64,000 nt of DNA, from positions 9,050,287-9,114,286 of the forward strand of contig OZ316899.1 in assembly GCA_973895155.1 (NCBI GenBank), in the 5' to 3' direction. Of the stretch, positions 33,686 through 44,186 are shown in pieces. How positions within the stretch are numbered: the first letter of the stretch is position 1; each line of letters begins with the position of its first letter. The DNA comes from Marsupella aquatica (lineage: Eukaryota; Plantae; Marchantiophyta). The notes under the pieces are model-generated. The model worked only from the letters and a program-made list of their open reading frames with translations, did no database searches and was not told the origin of the DNA. The translations under genes and the position numbers were made by a program.

Positions 33686-36600
33686 ATGCCGAGAGGGAGA
33701 AGGGGAGGTAGAGGAAGTCCCCAACACACACGTACCCCAAGATCAGAGCTAGAAGGGGGGCCCTCTTGGATTGGGACCAGACGACGAGTTGCTGCCGAAG
33801 AACGCTTACGGCTTGCAGAAGAGAGGAGGTTGCCACTGGTGCTGGAAGAACAAGTTGGTGTGCAACAGGAAGAGGCTCAACGTAATGAGGCCATATGCCC
33901 AGACGAAGAGCCAGACATAGATCACGAGCGAGAAGAAGGAGAGCCCTTTGTGTTGGTGCAGTCTGAGTTACAAAATCTGATCCCAGAGCTCACTGCATTG
34001 CCACAAATCATCTCACACCTATCATCGGTGCTGTTACCGGTGGCCCAACAAGCGCCATTACCACCTGTGTTGATACAGGCACCGGCTGCACCGATGGCAG
34101 CTGCACAACGTACCCGTGTTCAGTACGTACCCTTCAAGGGGAGACCAAAGGATGATCCAGACGAATGGATTGAGGAGTTTGAAGGGATTGCCGAAGCTAA
34201 TGGGGAGTCTGCACATAAGCTCACTATCATTCCTGGAATGATGAGAGGGGAGGCAGGTCCATGGTTCATTTCGTTGTTGGCCAACGTGAAAGCTGATTGG
34301 GCTCTGTTCAAGCAAGCCTTCTTGAAGGAGTTCAGATCCATAGGAGTGGAGGCCACCTCACTATTAAAGGTGGGCCAACTCAGGATGAAGAAGAAGGAGT
34401 CATTACGGAGGTTTTTGCAAAGGTTCCAAAAGCTGGTACGTCGGATCCAAGCCCGTACCGATGATGCTATGCGTCAAGCCTGGTTTGTGGCTGCCCTACC
34501 AAGCAAGATGGGGTTCTTTGTACGTCAAGCCAAGCCAACCACATTGGCTGAAGCTATTGCAGCAGCGGAGTCATACACCGCAGCTGATGCCACAAGCAAG
34601 CGTTGCCGAAGAAAGAAGCTGAAGCCGGTTGACAGTTCCTCCAGTGAGGAGTCGAGTGGATCTGATTCAGATAGTAGTGATGAATCTGAGGATTCTGAGA
34701 GTACTACAGAGTCAGACACTACGGAGTCAGAAGCTGAAAGACGAAGGAGGAAGAAGAAGAAGTTGTCAAAGAAAGTCAAGAAGTCCTCTCACCGTGAAGT
34801 GATACTACCCACGGTGGCCGTTACACCATTGTCTACGGCAAGACGCCTGAAGGAGCAAGAGGCCAGATATGATGAGCTGACGGAGCAAATGAAAGCGTTG
34901 AAAGTACATTTTGCCGGACTCAAACCTGAGAGGAGAAAAGTTCCGGTGGAGAGAGCCAATGTGTGGTGCACCAAGTGCATGAAGTTTGGTCATGCCCCGA
35001 AGGAGTGCCCAGCGGGAGAACCAGCCAAGGTTTTCCAAGTACGGGAGGAGGATGTTGAGGGGGCAAGCTACTCAAATCCTTCATATGCAGCGGAAGGGCC
35101 AATAGAGTACTTCATGGAGGAGCCACCAGAGGCCAACGTGTATAGTGTACAACCTCTCAACCCGGGACCACGGAGCATTCATGGAGTTTCAACAAACGCC
35201 GGAGCACCCGCATACTCCAACTATCCCAACGCTAACCCAGGGAATCGACCACCGTACCCTGGAGTGAGGAAGATCCCTATTTGTTACAATTGTAGAGTGG
35301 CGGGCCACTACGCTAATGTGTGCCCAGAGCCCACCCGTCAAGGCAATGGAGATTTTGCCCGGCTGTGTCAACTATGCAAGGGGGAGGGTCATCTTGCACC
35401 ACACTGCCCAACCTTGGAGGCGTTCAAGGCTCAACCGATTGGGGCACAAGAGAAGAAGGGGCCGCCACCTCCTCTGAAAGAAGCTAGCGTCAACTTTCTC
35501 ACCACGGAAGCAGTCGACACCCCTCTAATCACTAGAAGAGAAGAAACCGTAGTGAACATTCCCAAGCAAAGGATGACCACCATAACGGAGGAGGTGGTAC
35601 CGCTAGTCGTTGTAGTATCTCCAGTTGTTGAGATACCGGTGGTTGTTGTTGCAACATCTACGGAAGTTGAAGTTGCTAACCCCTCACCCCCAAGTCATGA
35701 GTGGACTCATGCTGAGAATCTACCGGAGGAAGACAGCGACGAGGAGAGAAGGCATTACTCTTGTTACCGAGTCTCCACTCGATCCGGCAAAAAGAAGGGC
35801 AAGTCCGAGCTCAAGCAGAAGTACAAGGAGGTGCATCAAGCTTCCACATCGGGTACCTCACACGAACCGGAGGTGCCACCCATGGAGGATAGTGACTTTG
35901 ATCGGGACAACCCCAAGTTGTTCTATCCGAAGGTGGGAGAAGAGGTACGTAAGCAGTTGGAGGAGCTAGAAGCACAAGCCATGCAAGCGGCCATTGACAA
36001 AGACATGGAGGAGGCAAAGGCCAGAAAGAAAGCGGAGGAGAGGGTTGTTCGTTGGAAACCGGGAGAAGAGGTCATCCCACCCATACCTCCTGCAACCGCG
36101 TACAACATTGCTCAAGACATTCTGGATTGCCCAGTCAGTGCCACAATTGGTCAACTATTACGGGATAGCTCCCTATACCGTCGCCAAGTCAAGGAGATTC
36201 TCATGAGGAGGAGACGTAGAAGAAGGTTACCCAAAGTTGGGGCTGACCCCATACAAGTCAACTGGGTCACGGAGGATTTGGGTGCCCCAGAACTCACGGT
36301 GGACATCAATGGATGTGCAATACGGTTTGTACCGGTGGACGGGGGCTCGGGAGTCAACATCATGACTGAGGAGACGGCAAACCGGTTGGGGTATACAGAG
36401 TTAGAACCACCGGCACGTGCCATGAGGTTGGCTGATGGTGCACGGGTGGTGCCGTTGGGGTGTCTCACCAAGATTCCAACAATGATTGGGGGAAAATCTT
36501 TCCCCCTCAACTATTTGGTGATGCGACCCGTTCGGCCGTACGGTTTTCCCATTTTAATTGGCAGGCCATGGTTGTATGTGGCCAAGGTCACAAGTGATTG

Positions 36601-39600
36601 GGGCAAACGGCAGTTTCGGTTTGGTATCCCCACTATCACTATTCCATGGTCAGCGGAGTCACCTCACGGGGAGACTACGACTATGGAGGAGGAATATGAT
36701 TCAGAGGTCACCTCAGATGAAGACGAGGATGAAGTATACATGGTGAAACTGATTTCTCACCTCACGGAGGAAGATGTTTTTGGCCCCGGAGTTGCTACTC
36801 AAGAGCATGCAGTAGAGGAATCAGTTAGCCAAGTGCACGCTGTTCTAGAAGAGATGGAAGACGAGCGAAGCAAAATTGTGGAGGCTGAACCTCTAGAGAT
36901 TCATGATAGGGAGGCAGAGGATCACCCCGAGGAGGTGGAAATGCAAGCCCACACGATCATGTTTGATGATGAGCAAAGAGAGCAGTTTTTGAATGACATC
37001 CTGGATGATGACTTTAGAGAGGAGCTATTGTCACATTACAAAGAATCTGACGTTGAAGAAATAATGGCCCATGTGACAAAGGATCCACCTCCATCCCGAC
37101 CAGACCAGGAGGAGAGTGATGCACTGGTGTATGGAGGGATGAGGCTCGCACGGTTGGAAGAAACCTTTGATGAGGAGACACGCAACAAGTTGGACGTGAT
37201 CAGGCCGGAGCAGTACACAAAGGTGGAAGTGGGTGAGGGCAAGACACTCAACATTGGTAGTAAGTTGGATGCTACGGAGCAACGCACGATTCAGGAATTG
37301 TTGAAAGAGTACCAAGACGTATTTGCGTGGAGCCACCAAGATTTGAAAGGAGTGCCACCTGAGTTTGGTGAGCACAGCATTGACCTGATGTCAGGAGCAC
37401 GACCTGTGAGGCAACGCCAATACCGCCTCAACCCCAAATACTCACTCATGGTGAAGGAGGAGATTGACCGTTTGTTGGATGCAGGATTCATTTATCCGGT
37501 CATGCATAGTGAGTGGGTGTCACCCATCGTAATCGTGCCCAAGAAAAAGGGGCCAGACGGGAAGGTGAAAATACGGGTGTGCCAAGATTTTCAAAAGTTG
37601 AATGATGCGACCAAGAAGGATCACTACCCGCTACCGTTCACGGATATCGTGTTGGACATGGTAGCAGGTTGGGAGATATACAGCTTCTTGGATGGCTACT
37701 CTGGGTACAACCAAATCTGGATACGGGAGGAGGACCAACTCAAGACGGCTTTCACAACAGAGTGGGGGATTTTTGCATTCCGGAGAATGCCTTTTGGGTT
37801 GTGCAATGCCCCTGGCATGTTCCAACGGCTCATGATGAATATATTTCATGACTTTTTACGCAGGTTCTTGGAGATCTTTATTGATGACTTTGCTGTCTAC
37901 GGCAAACGAGTCAAGCATCCGGAACACTTACGGTTGACTTTTCAGCGGTGCCGGGAGACTTGCCTGAAGCTGCATCCGGAGAAATGTTTCTTTGGAATTG
38001 AGGAGGGAATCCTATTGGGCCACAAAGTGTCTGCACGAGGGATTGAAGTTGATCGTGAGAAGGTCGCCGTGTGGGTAGCAGTCTCATTTCCCAAGAATGT
38101 GAAGGAAGTGAGAGGGTTCTTGGGGTGTGTTGGCTACTACCGACGCTTCATCAAAGACTTTGCCAAGGTAGCCATGCCACTCACTTCCATGTTGAAAAAA
38201 GGAAGTGAGTTTGAACCTACTCCTTCCCGTCAGGCTGCTTTTGATGAATTGAAGAAACGATTGCTAGAGGCCCCCGTGCTCATTACGCCCAATTGGAATA
38301 AGGAATTCCATGTTTACGTAGACGTATCAGGATTTTGCATCGGTGCCGTTTTGAGTCAGTTAGATGATGATGGAAGAGACCATCCCATCTACTTTGCCAG
38401 TAGGCAGTTGGCCCCGGCAGAGAAAAACTACTCACCCACCGATAGGGAGGCACTTGGTATCATCTACGCTTGTAAGAAGTATCGTCATTATTTGTTGGGG
38501 TACAAGGTTGTGTTCCACACGGATCACAACAGCTTGAAATACATGGTCAACAAGCCAGATCTGTCCGGGAGAATTGCACGTTGGGTTTTGTTGCTACAAG
38601 AGTTCAACTATGAGGTGAGAGTAAGATCGGGGAAGAGTCATAGCAATGCAGACTTCTTCTCCCGTATTGAGGGAGCATCTGACTCCCAGGAGATTGATGA
38701 TCGGTTCCCGGATGAGGAAGTGTTCAGCGTGAATACAGAGGCCACTACTTGGTATGGAGAAATTTTGGAATTTCTCCGCACGGCTAGAGTTCCCTCACGT
38801 TTGGGCCCGGAGAGAGCAGCAGTGTTTTTGCGTAAGACAGGTCCCTACTTGCTTGTGAAGGGAGTACTTCACAAGTACGGCATGGATGGCCGACTTCGTC
38901 GTTGTTTGGAGGAAGCGGAGATACGTACAGTCATGGCAGCATTACATGAGGAGGAAGCTGGTGGCCACTTTGCACGGGAGACCACCGCAAGGAAAATACT
39001 AGATGCTGGATATTGGTGGCCAACTCTCTTTCGGGATGTACACCGGTACATCCAGCGATGTGATCCGTGCCAGCGTCAAGGCAAACCAGGGCCCTCCTCA
39101 CGACACCCATTGGTGCCCATACTTCCTCTTGCACCCTTTGAGAAGTGGGGGGTGGACTTCATTGGCCCTTTCACTCCCATCACACGAAGAGGGAGGAAGC
39201 GCTACATCATTCTTGCAACGGACTATGCCACCAAGTGGGTGGAGGCCCGAGCTACTGCCAAGGATGATGCCAACACCACGGCACGTTTTTTGTATGAGCA
39301 GATTTTTACACGATTTGGTCCACCATTGGAGTTGGTAAGTGACAGGGGTACTCACTTCCTCAATCATACGATTGAACGTTTGACGGAGAACTACTTGATC
39401 TCACATAGGAAGACCACTCCGTACCACCCTCGAGCCAACGGGCTCACTGAGAGAGCCAACGGGATCATGGGCAAGATCCTCAACAAAACGGTATCCGCTC
39501 ACAAGACCGATTGGGATTTGAAGTTGTTGGCTGCCACTTACGCTTACAACCTGGCTCACAAGACTACCACGGGCCACAGCCCCTATTTCCTTGTGTTTGG

Positions 39601-40084
39601 ACAACACTCTCTTGTGCCGGTGGAATTTGAGGTTCCAACCATTCGAATCCTAACACGGGAAAGGGAAGGGGCAGAAGAAAGTGTCGCTTCACGGATCCAA
39701 CAGTTGGAGCAACTCACGGAGACACGAGAAGAGGCTTTGACACATACGGAGCAGGAGCAAGGCAAACGCAAGTCACATTACGATTCCCGTCTCCGTCGTG
39801 TGTCCATTGAGGAGGGAGATTTGGTGCTCCTCTACGATAGCCGCTTCATGCATTTCCCCGGGAAGTTGCATACACGGTGGATGGGACCCTACGTAGTGGA
39901 TGCCGTCTACTCCAACGGCTCGGTTCAACTCAAGACATTGGAGGGGCAACTACTCAACACACGGATCAATCAAGAGCGCCTAAAGAAGTACTACACGGAG
40001 GAAGAGTATGGTGCTCGCGGGGGCGCTTCGCAATTAAGAGAGGAGCTATGTGACGGGTACCCCGTCACGGGAAGTCACACATAA
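33686..40084 (+). CDS. Element B Gag-Pol polyprotein (2132 aa): Gag, 3 CCHC knuckles, aspartic protease, RT, RNase H, integrase
   Basis: Single ORF. CTKCMKFGHAPKEC, CYNCRVAGHYANVC, CQLCKGEGHLAPHC; VDGGSG; LDGYSGYNQI...MPFGLCNAP...FIDD; VYVDVSGF; KWGVDFIGP...SDRG...NGLTER; WMGPY. No chromodomain or second RNase H seen. Confidence 0.98.
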   Translation: MPRGRRGGRGSPQHTRTPRSELEGGPSWIGTRRRVAAEERLRLAEERRLPLVLEEQVGVQQEEAQRNEAICPDEEPDIDHEREEGEPFVLVQSELQNLIPELTALPQIISHLSSVLLPVAQQAPLPPVLIQAPAAPMAAAQRTRVQYVPFKGRPKDDPDEWIEEFEGIAEANGESAHKLTIIPGMMRGEAGPWFISLLANVKADWALFKQAFLKEFRSIGVEATSLLKVGQLRMKKKESLRRFLQRFQKLVRRIQARTDDAMRQAWFVAALPSKMGFFVRQAKPTTLAEAIAAAESYTAADATSKRCRRKKLKPVDSSSSEESSGSDSDSSDESEDSESTTESDTTESEAERRRRKKKKLSKKVKKSSHREVILPTVAVTPLSTARRLKEQEARYDELTEQMKALKVHFAGLKPERRKVPVERANVWCTKCMKFGHAPKECPAGEPAKVFQVREEDVEGASYSNPSYAAEGPIEYFMEEPPEANVYSVQPLNPGPRSIHGVSTNAGAPAYSNYPNANPGNRPPYPGVRKIPICYNCRVAGHYANVCPEPTRQGNGDFARLCQLCKGEGHLAPHCPTLEAFKAQPIGAQEKKGPPPPLKEASVNFLTTEAVDTPLITRREETVVNIPKQRMTTITEEVVPLVVVVSPVVEIPVVVVATSTEVEVANPSPPSHEWTHAENLPEEDSDEERRHYSCYRVSTRSGKKKGKSELKQKYKEVHQASTSGTSHEPEVPPMEDSDFDRDNPKLFYPKVGEEVRKQLEELEAQAMQAAIDKDMEEAKARKKAEERVVRWKPGEEVIPPIPPATAYNIAQDILDCPVSATIGQLLRDSSLYRRQVKEILMRRRRRRRLPKVGADPIQVNWVTEDLGAPELTVDINGCAIRFVPVDGGSGVNIMTEETANRLGYTELEPPARAMRLADGARVVPLGCLTKIPTMIGGKSFPLNYLVMRPVRPYGFPILIGRPWLYVAKVTSDWGKRQFRFGIPTITIPWSAESPHGETTTMEEEYDSEVTSDEDEDEVYMVKLISHLTEEDVFGPGVATQEHAVEESVSQVHAVLEEMEDERSKIVEAEPLEIHDREAEDHPEEVEMQAHTIMFDDEQREQFLNDILDDDFREELLSHYKESDVEEIMAHVTKDPPPSRPDQEESDALVYGGMRLARLEETFDEETRNKLDVIRPEQYTKVEVGEGKTLNIGSKLDATEQRTIQELLKEYQDVFAWSHQDLKGVPPEFGEHSIDLMSGARPVRQRQYRLNPKYSLMVKEEIDRLLDAGFIYPVMHSEWVSPIVIVPKKKGPDGKVKIRVCQDFQKLNDATKKDHYPLPFTDIVLDMVAGWEIYSFLDGYSGYNQIWIREEDQLKTAFTTEWGIFAFRRMPFGLCNAPGMFQRLMMNIFHDFLRRFLEIFIDDFAVYGKRVKHPEHLRLTFQRCRETCLKLHPEKCFFGIEEGILLGHKVSARGIEVDREKVAVWVAVSFPKNVKEVRGFLGCVGYYRRFIKDFAKVAMPLTSMLKKGSEFEPTPSRQAAFDELKKRLLEAPVLITPNWNKEFHVYVDVSGFCIGAVLSQLDDDGRDHPIYFASRQLAPAEKNYSPTDREALGIIYACKKYRHYLLGYKVVFHTDHNSLKYMVNKPDLSGRIARWVLLLQEFNYEVRVRSGKSHSNADFFSRIEGASDSQEIDDRFPDEEVFSVNTEATTWYGEILEFLRTARVPSRLGPERAAVFLRKTGPYLLVKGVLHKYGMDGRLRRCLEEAEIRTVMAALHEEEAGGHFARETTARKILDAGYWWPTLFRDVHRYIQRCDPCQRQGKPGPSSRHPLVPILPLAPFEKWGVDFIGPFTPITRRGRKRYIILATDYATKWVEARATAKDDANTTARFLYEQIFTRFGPPLELVSDRGTHFLNHTIERLTENYLISHRKTTPYHPRANGLTERANGIMGKILNKTVSAHKTDWDLKLLAATYAYNLAHKTTTGHSPYFLVFGQHSLVPVEFEVPTIRILTREREGAEESVASRIQQLEQLTETREEALTHTEQEQGKRKSHYDSRLRRVSIEEGDLVLLYDSRFMHFPGKLHTRWMGPYVVDAVYSNGSVQLKTLEGQLLNTRINQERLKKYYTEEEYGARGGASQLREELCDGYPVTGSHT
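37016..37028 (+). promoter_or_regulatory. Candidate central polypurine tract of element B
   Basis: 13-nt exact copy (agagaggagctat) of 40037-40049, at ~52% of the element length. Confidence 0.6.
40032..40048 (+). promoter_or_regulatory. Element B polypurine tract (aattaagagaggagcta), inside the integrase coding end
   Basis: Abuts the 3' LTR start at 40049. Confidence 0.85.
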
Positions 40085-43000
40085 CTGGTTGCAAAGGCCG
40101 ATACCTTGTTAATAGTCAATGTAAATAAGCCATTTTTTAATTTTTAGTTAATTCCGTCATTATAGGTTGATGATGCCCCAGGTGACTTTATATTCTTTCT
40201 CTCATAATAGTTCTAAGATTTGCGGCGACCTAAGTGGGCAAATATTTTGGGACCTTGAAACTAGCCAGGACCAGCCCCATAGGACTTACCGTTTTGCTTC
40301 AAGAGCTATTGTTGAGACCCCCATTGCAAAGTCAGGAGAGGGGGGGGTTTTTTTTTTAAATAAATCCCTCCTCAGGAGGGCGAGTCCCATTAGTGGCCGT
40401 CCGAGAGAAAGAGGGGCTGCCTCGCGAGCCCATAGGGCTGCGTGCCCGGGCGATTAATGGGGCTCCGCGAGCTGAAGGGGCTGCCTCGCGAGCCCATAGG
40501 GCTGCGTGCCCGGGCAATTAATGAGGCTCCGCGAGCTGAAGGAGCGCAAGCGAGCGGGGGGGGGGGAGTTAAAGGGCCTCCCGCGAGCTGGGAGGATCAC
40601 GCGAGCGGGGGGGAGTTAAAGGGCCTCCCGCGAGCTGGGAGGATCACACGAGCGGGGGGGAGTTAAAGGGCCTCCCGCGAGCTGGGAGGATCACGCGAGC
40701 GGGGGGGAGTTAAAGGGCCTCCCGCGAGCTGGGAGGATCACGCGAGCGGGGGGGAGTTGAAGGGCCTCCCGCGAGCCGGGAGGAATGGCCGCGCGCCCTG
40801 CATAGGGCCGCGCGCAGGAGGACGCAAGGGTAAGGCCCGAGAAATGGGCCGGGGCGCATGGCGAAGGCGCCAGGAGTTTTTTCGGTTCTATTTTTTTTTT
40901 TTTTTCCTTCCTTTTTCTTTCCCTCTTCCTTTTGCACGACCCTCTCATTGCCGAAAGCAAAAACGGGGTTCTTCTCTCTCTTGCCGGAAGCTCTCTCCAG
41001 ATTCTAATTATTTTTGAAGCTCTCTCTTTCATGGTGGATTAGTGGGGCTTGCTGGCGTCATTCTTCCAGGCATTAGTGGCGGCCGCACGGAGTAGTGACG
41101 GGAAATTGAGAGAATTTAAGTGATCGGGCTACGGGGGCTGTTTCGGGCCAGGGAATTGACATTGCCACGGGTGACGGGATTGGTGATTGAGAAATTGATT
41201 TCGGGATGCATGGATGCTAGATCAACCAGAGTTTAGTGCGTCACGCATTCGGAGATACAAGGCTGCTTACCGTGACTACGTGGAGACTCGGATTACACGG
41301 GAAAGGGAAGAGAGAGAAGTTATGATGAGCACGGGATTGGCAGCGGGTTCCTCACCGGTGGGTAGGAAGATTTTTCGTCGAATTTATCCCAAGACCTCCA
41401 CCAAGGTGATGGAGGATTGTCGGAACATTTTCCAAGCCACCGGGCTTACAGAATTCATGAAGGTGGAGATTACCATCCCTTCAGGGAAGAGCTGGGACAT
41501 TGAGGCCGGGATGGAGTTCCGAACGGAGGGAATCTACTTTGAATGTCTCAAACGTGTAGTGCCCCATGTGGAGTTGGCTAAGCTATTGTTTCTTGAGAAT
41601 CAGAAATTCTCATTCACACCTCGGAATATCAGGGGAGAACTCACGTTGAAAATGGTGGCCACTTGGGTGACCAATCCTACCTCCACCACCGCCATCCCTC
41701 TTTCTGCTGTCAAGGATGTTGAGTATAAGGGCTTCCTGGCCAAGGTGCATCAACGGGTTCTTGGCAACGTGCAATCCGGAGTGCTGAATGAGGAGCATTT
41801 CGTGGTAGCTATGGACATCAAGAACTACCCAGCCCATGTGTACGGATGGTGGTGCTACGGATTGAAGAAGCTATTGGCCGCTGAGCCCGGGAGTGTGAAA
41901 CCAGGTGGGGCTGTACATTTGATGGGGTCATTTGTATTGGCCAGGGCAGAAGGGTTGATTGGTTCTCCGGGGCATGAAGACACGGGATCATCTCTCACCA
42001 CGGAGATCCGGAGTATTGCCACTACCGTTTTAGGGAAGCTCACGGAGGAATCATTGTCTGCTGGTGGGGAGGATAATAGAGAAGAAGAGAACCAGGAGGA
42101 TGATTGCACATTGGAGTGGCTTGAATCACTCGTGGGAGATCCGAAACAGCCTCTGGAATACAACATTCCGGATGTTTACTTGGCAGAGCTACGGGATTTC
42201 AGAGAGGGAGTCCACGAGGGACTCAAGCTAGTCCACGCATTGAGGGAGTCTCTCAAGCACGCCACAGTCAAAGTAGAGACGTTAGAGCAGAGCATCCTGT
42301 CACTGAAGGAGGTGATCAAGACCAAGGAGCAGACCATTCATGAGAAGGTCAGGCACATCAATGCAGCTCACGTAGAGATCACCAACTTGAAGGGAGCTTT
42401 GTCCACCAAGGCCAAGGAAGCAGAAGAAGTAGGAGCGTTGAGGCAAGCATTGGCCAAAGAGAAGCAAAATTCTGGAGAAGTGATGGAGTGGAGGAACCAG
42501 GTGGGAGCACTACGGAGTCAGGTGGCAGCCTTTGAGACACGAGCGAAGAGAAGTGAGGCCCTGAGTCTAGGGAAACGGAAGAGTCCCGGCACACCTGGCT
42601 CCACACTTTCCCCGGATGTGATCTCCCAAGCTATCGAGATGGTGGTGAAGGAGGTTAGTGGGAAGTATGGACCCTTGTTGGATGGAGCCAAGAAGAGTCA
42701 GGAGAAGAGTAAGAGCTTGGAGAAGAAGCTCCGGGAGGTACGGAAATCGTTACGGGAGGCTCAGGTCAGTACGGGGATGCCACCCAGGTCTGTCACCCCC
42801 GGGACTCCCATGGCCACGGGGCAAGTTCTACCGTTGGAGTTGCGGTCCGGAGAAGAGGCTACCCTCTGGAAGGACACAATTGGTGAGGGGTACATCAAGG
42901 CGTGGCAGGCCTTGGCTGCTTTGAGGAAGCGCGGGAGCAGCAGCACTAAGAGTACTCCGTCGAAGAAGAAGAAAAGTACGGTGGCACTCACTCCCGTGAG

Positions 43001-44181
43001 TGATGAGGAGGAGGACCACTCACGGGGCACAAGTCCGGGCACCGAGAGCGAAGAAGAAGAGGAGGATTAGATAGGCGTACGGACGTGGGTGTACGGCCTC
43101 CAGATTTCCAACATTTTAGTGGGGGGTCACTCATGGGCTTGTTGGGATGAGCTCGCGGAGCTGATTCCAACAAGAGGCGGCGCTCCTCAAACGGAGCCAG
43201 GATGAGCAAGTTATGGCCTGGAGAACTTATGTTTTTGCGGTACGGAAACGGCCATAACTCAGGCGTCTGAAGTCCGTTGAGGGAGCGACTTAGTGATTCG
43301 GAAGCAGGAAAAGAAGAGCTATCCAGGGGTGAGATCAGGTGTGCACTTGGAAGGGCACCTAGTTTCGGCCATTTTGGGGTGCCTCTCACTTTCAGGGTTC
43401 ACGTGTACTGTTGGGGCGCCGTCGAAGGCACCGTCGGCCCCCTTGTTTTGGGTTTAGGGTTTTAGCAGCATGTGTGTGCCGCATGCTCCTCTTCAGTTTA
43501 AGGATTTCTCTTAGTGCAAGGTTTTAGCGGCGCCGCTAGGGTAGCCGCCACCGTTGTGACCCTGTGAGGGGTGCTTTGGTGTGATTTTTCAGTATTTAGG
43601 GGGATAGCCCCGAAGTAGTTAGGGGGACTCAGTGTGAAGTTAGCAAGGAGGGATAGAGTGGAGCCTGAGGAGTTTGAAAGCGTGTTCAGAGTAGTGAGGG
43701 GGAGCCATACTCATTGTCCGGAGAGGCAGGAGTTGAGTAGACGGCAGGAGGCCGGGTTACTCATGCAATGTGTATCGTTTTTCCCAAGAGATATGGATCT
43801 GTACATTTGACTTGATGGGCTTTTGTTGTGTGTTCCTTCTCCCTTTTTCGCTTTCCGAATTGTGTTCTCCCGTTCTATGATTTGAAGAAACTTGCTTGGT
43901 TTGAGTCGGCCTTGTGAGTAGGGGTGGTGACAGCACTCTTTGGGTGACTCCGAGTGAAGGTGTAGTGGGGTAGTCGGCAGGACTTGATCAAAAGCTGTGG
44001 GGTGAGGGTAGTCGGTAGACTTGATCAAAACCTACATTTCCGGGAGCGGAAACCAAAATACTCATCCTGGTGTGAAAAGAATCCAAATAGCGTCCCTCCA
44101 CGACCCCGTAATACGATACCAACGGTTTAAGCGAAGAAAAGTGCGGTTTGCACGTATTAACCGTTGGAGAGGCAAGTGACA
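40049..44181 (+). repeat. Element B 3' LTR (4133 bp)
   Basis: Direct repeat of 29299-33430, followed by TSD ATAGG. Confidence 0.98.
41214..43070 (+). CDS. LTR-encoded accessory protein of element B (618 aa), 3' LTR copy
   Basis: Translation identical to 30463-32319. Confidence 0.85.
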   Translation: MLDQPEFSASRIRRYKAAYRDYVETRITREREEREVMMSTGLAAGSSPVGRKIFRRIYPKTSTKVMEDCRNIFQATGLTEFMKVEITIPSGKSWDIEAGMEFRTEGIYFECLKRVVPHVELAKLLFLENQKFSFTPRNIRGELTLKMVATWVTNPTSTTAIPLSAVKDVEYKGFLAKVHQRVLGNVQSGVLNEEHFVVAMDIKNYPAHVYGWWCYGLKKLLAAEPGSVKPGGAVHLMGSFVLARAEGLIGSPGHEDTGSSLTTEIRSIATTVLGKLTEESLSAGGEDNREEENQEDDCTLEWLESLVGDPKQPLEYNIPDVYLAELRDFREGVHEGLKLVHALRESLKHATVKVETLEQSILSLKEVIKTKEQTIHEKVRHINAAHVEITNLKGALSTKAKEAEEVGALRQALAKEKQNSGEVMEWRNQVGALRSQVAAFETRAKRSEALSLGKRKSPGTPGSTLSPDVISQAIEMVVKEVSGKYGPLLDGAKKSQEKSKSLEKKLREVRKSLREAQVSTGMPPRSVTPGTPMATGQVLPLELRSGEEATLWKDTIGEGYIKAWQALAALRKRGSSSTKSTPSKKKKSTVALTPVSDEEEDHSRGTSPGTESEEEEED

Positions 44182-44186
44182 ATAGG

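Larger units (their letters stand above)
29299..44181 (+). mobile_element. Element B: intact, very young non-chromovirus Ty3/Gypsy retrotransposon (14,883 bp) with 4.1-kb coding LTRs, nested in A's 5' LTR
   Basis: TG...CA ends; TSD ATAGG (29294-29298 and 44182-44186); LTRs 29299-33430 and 40049-44181; PBS, PPT and an uninterrupted gag-pol. Confidence 0.98.
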
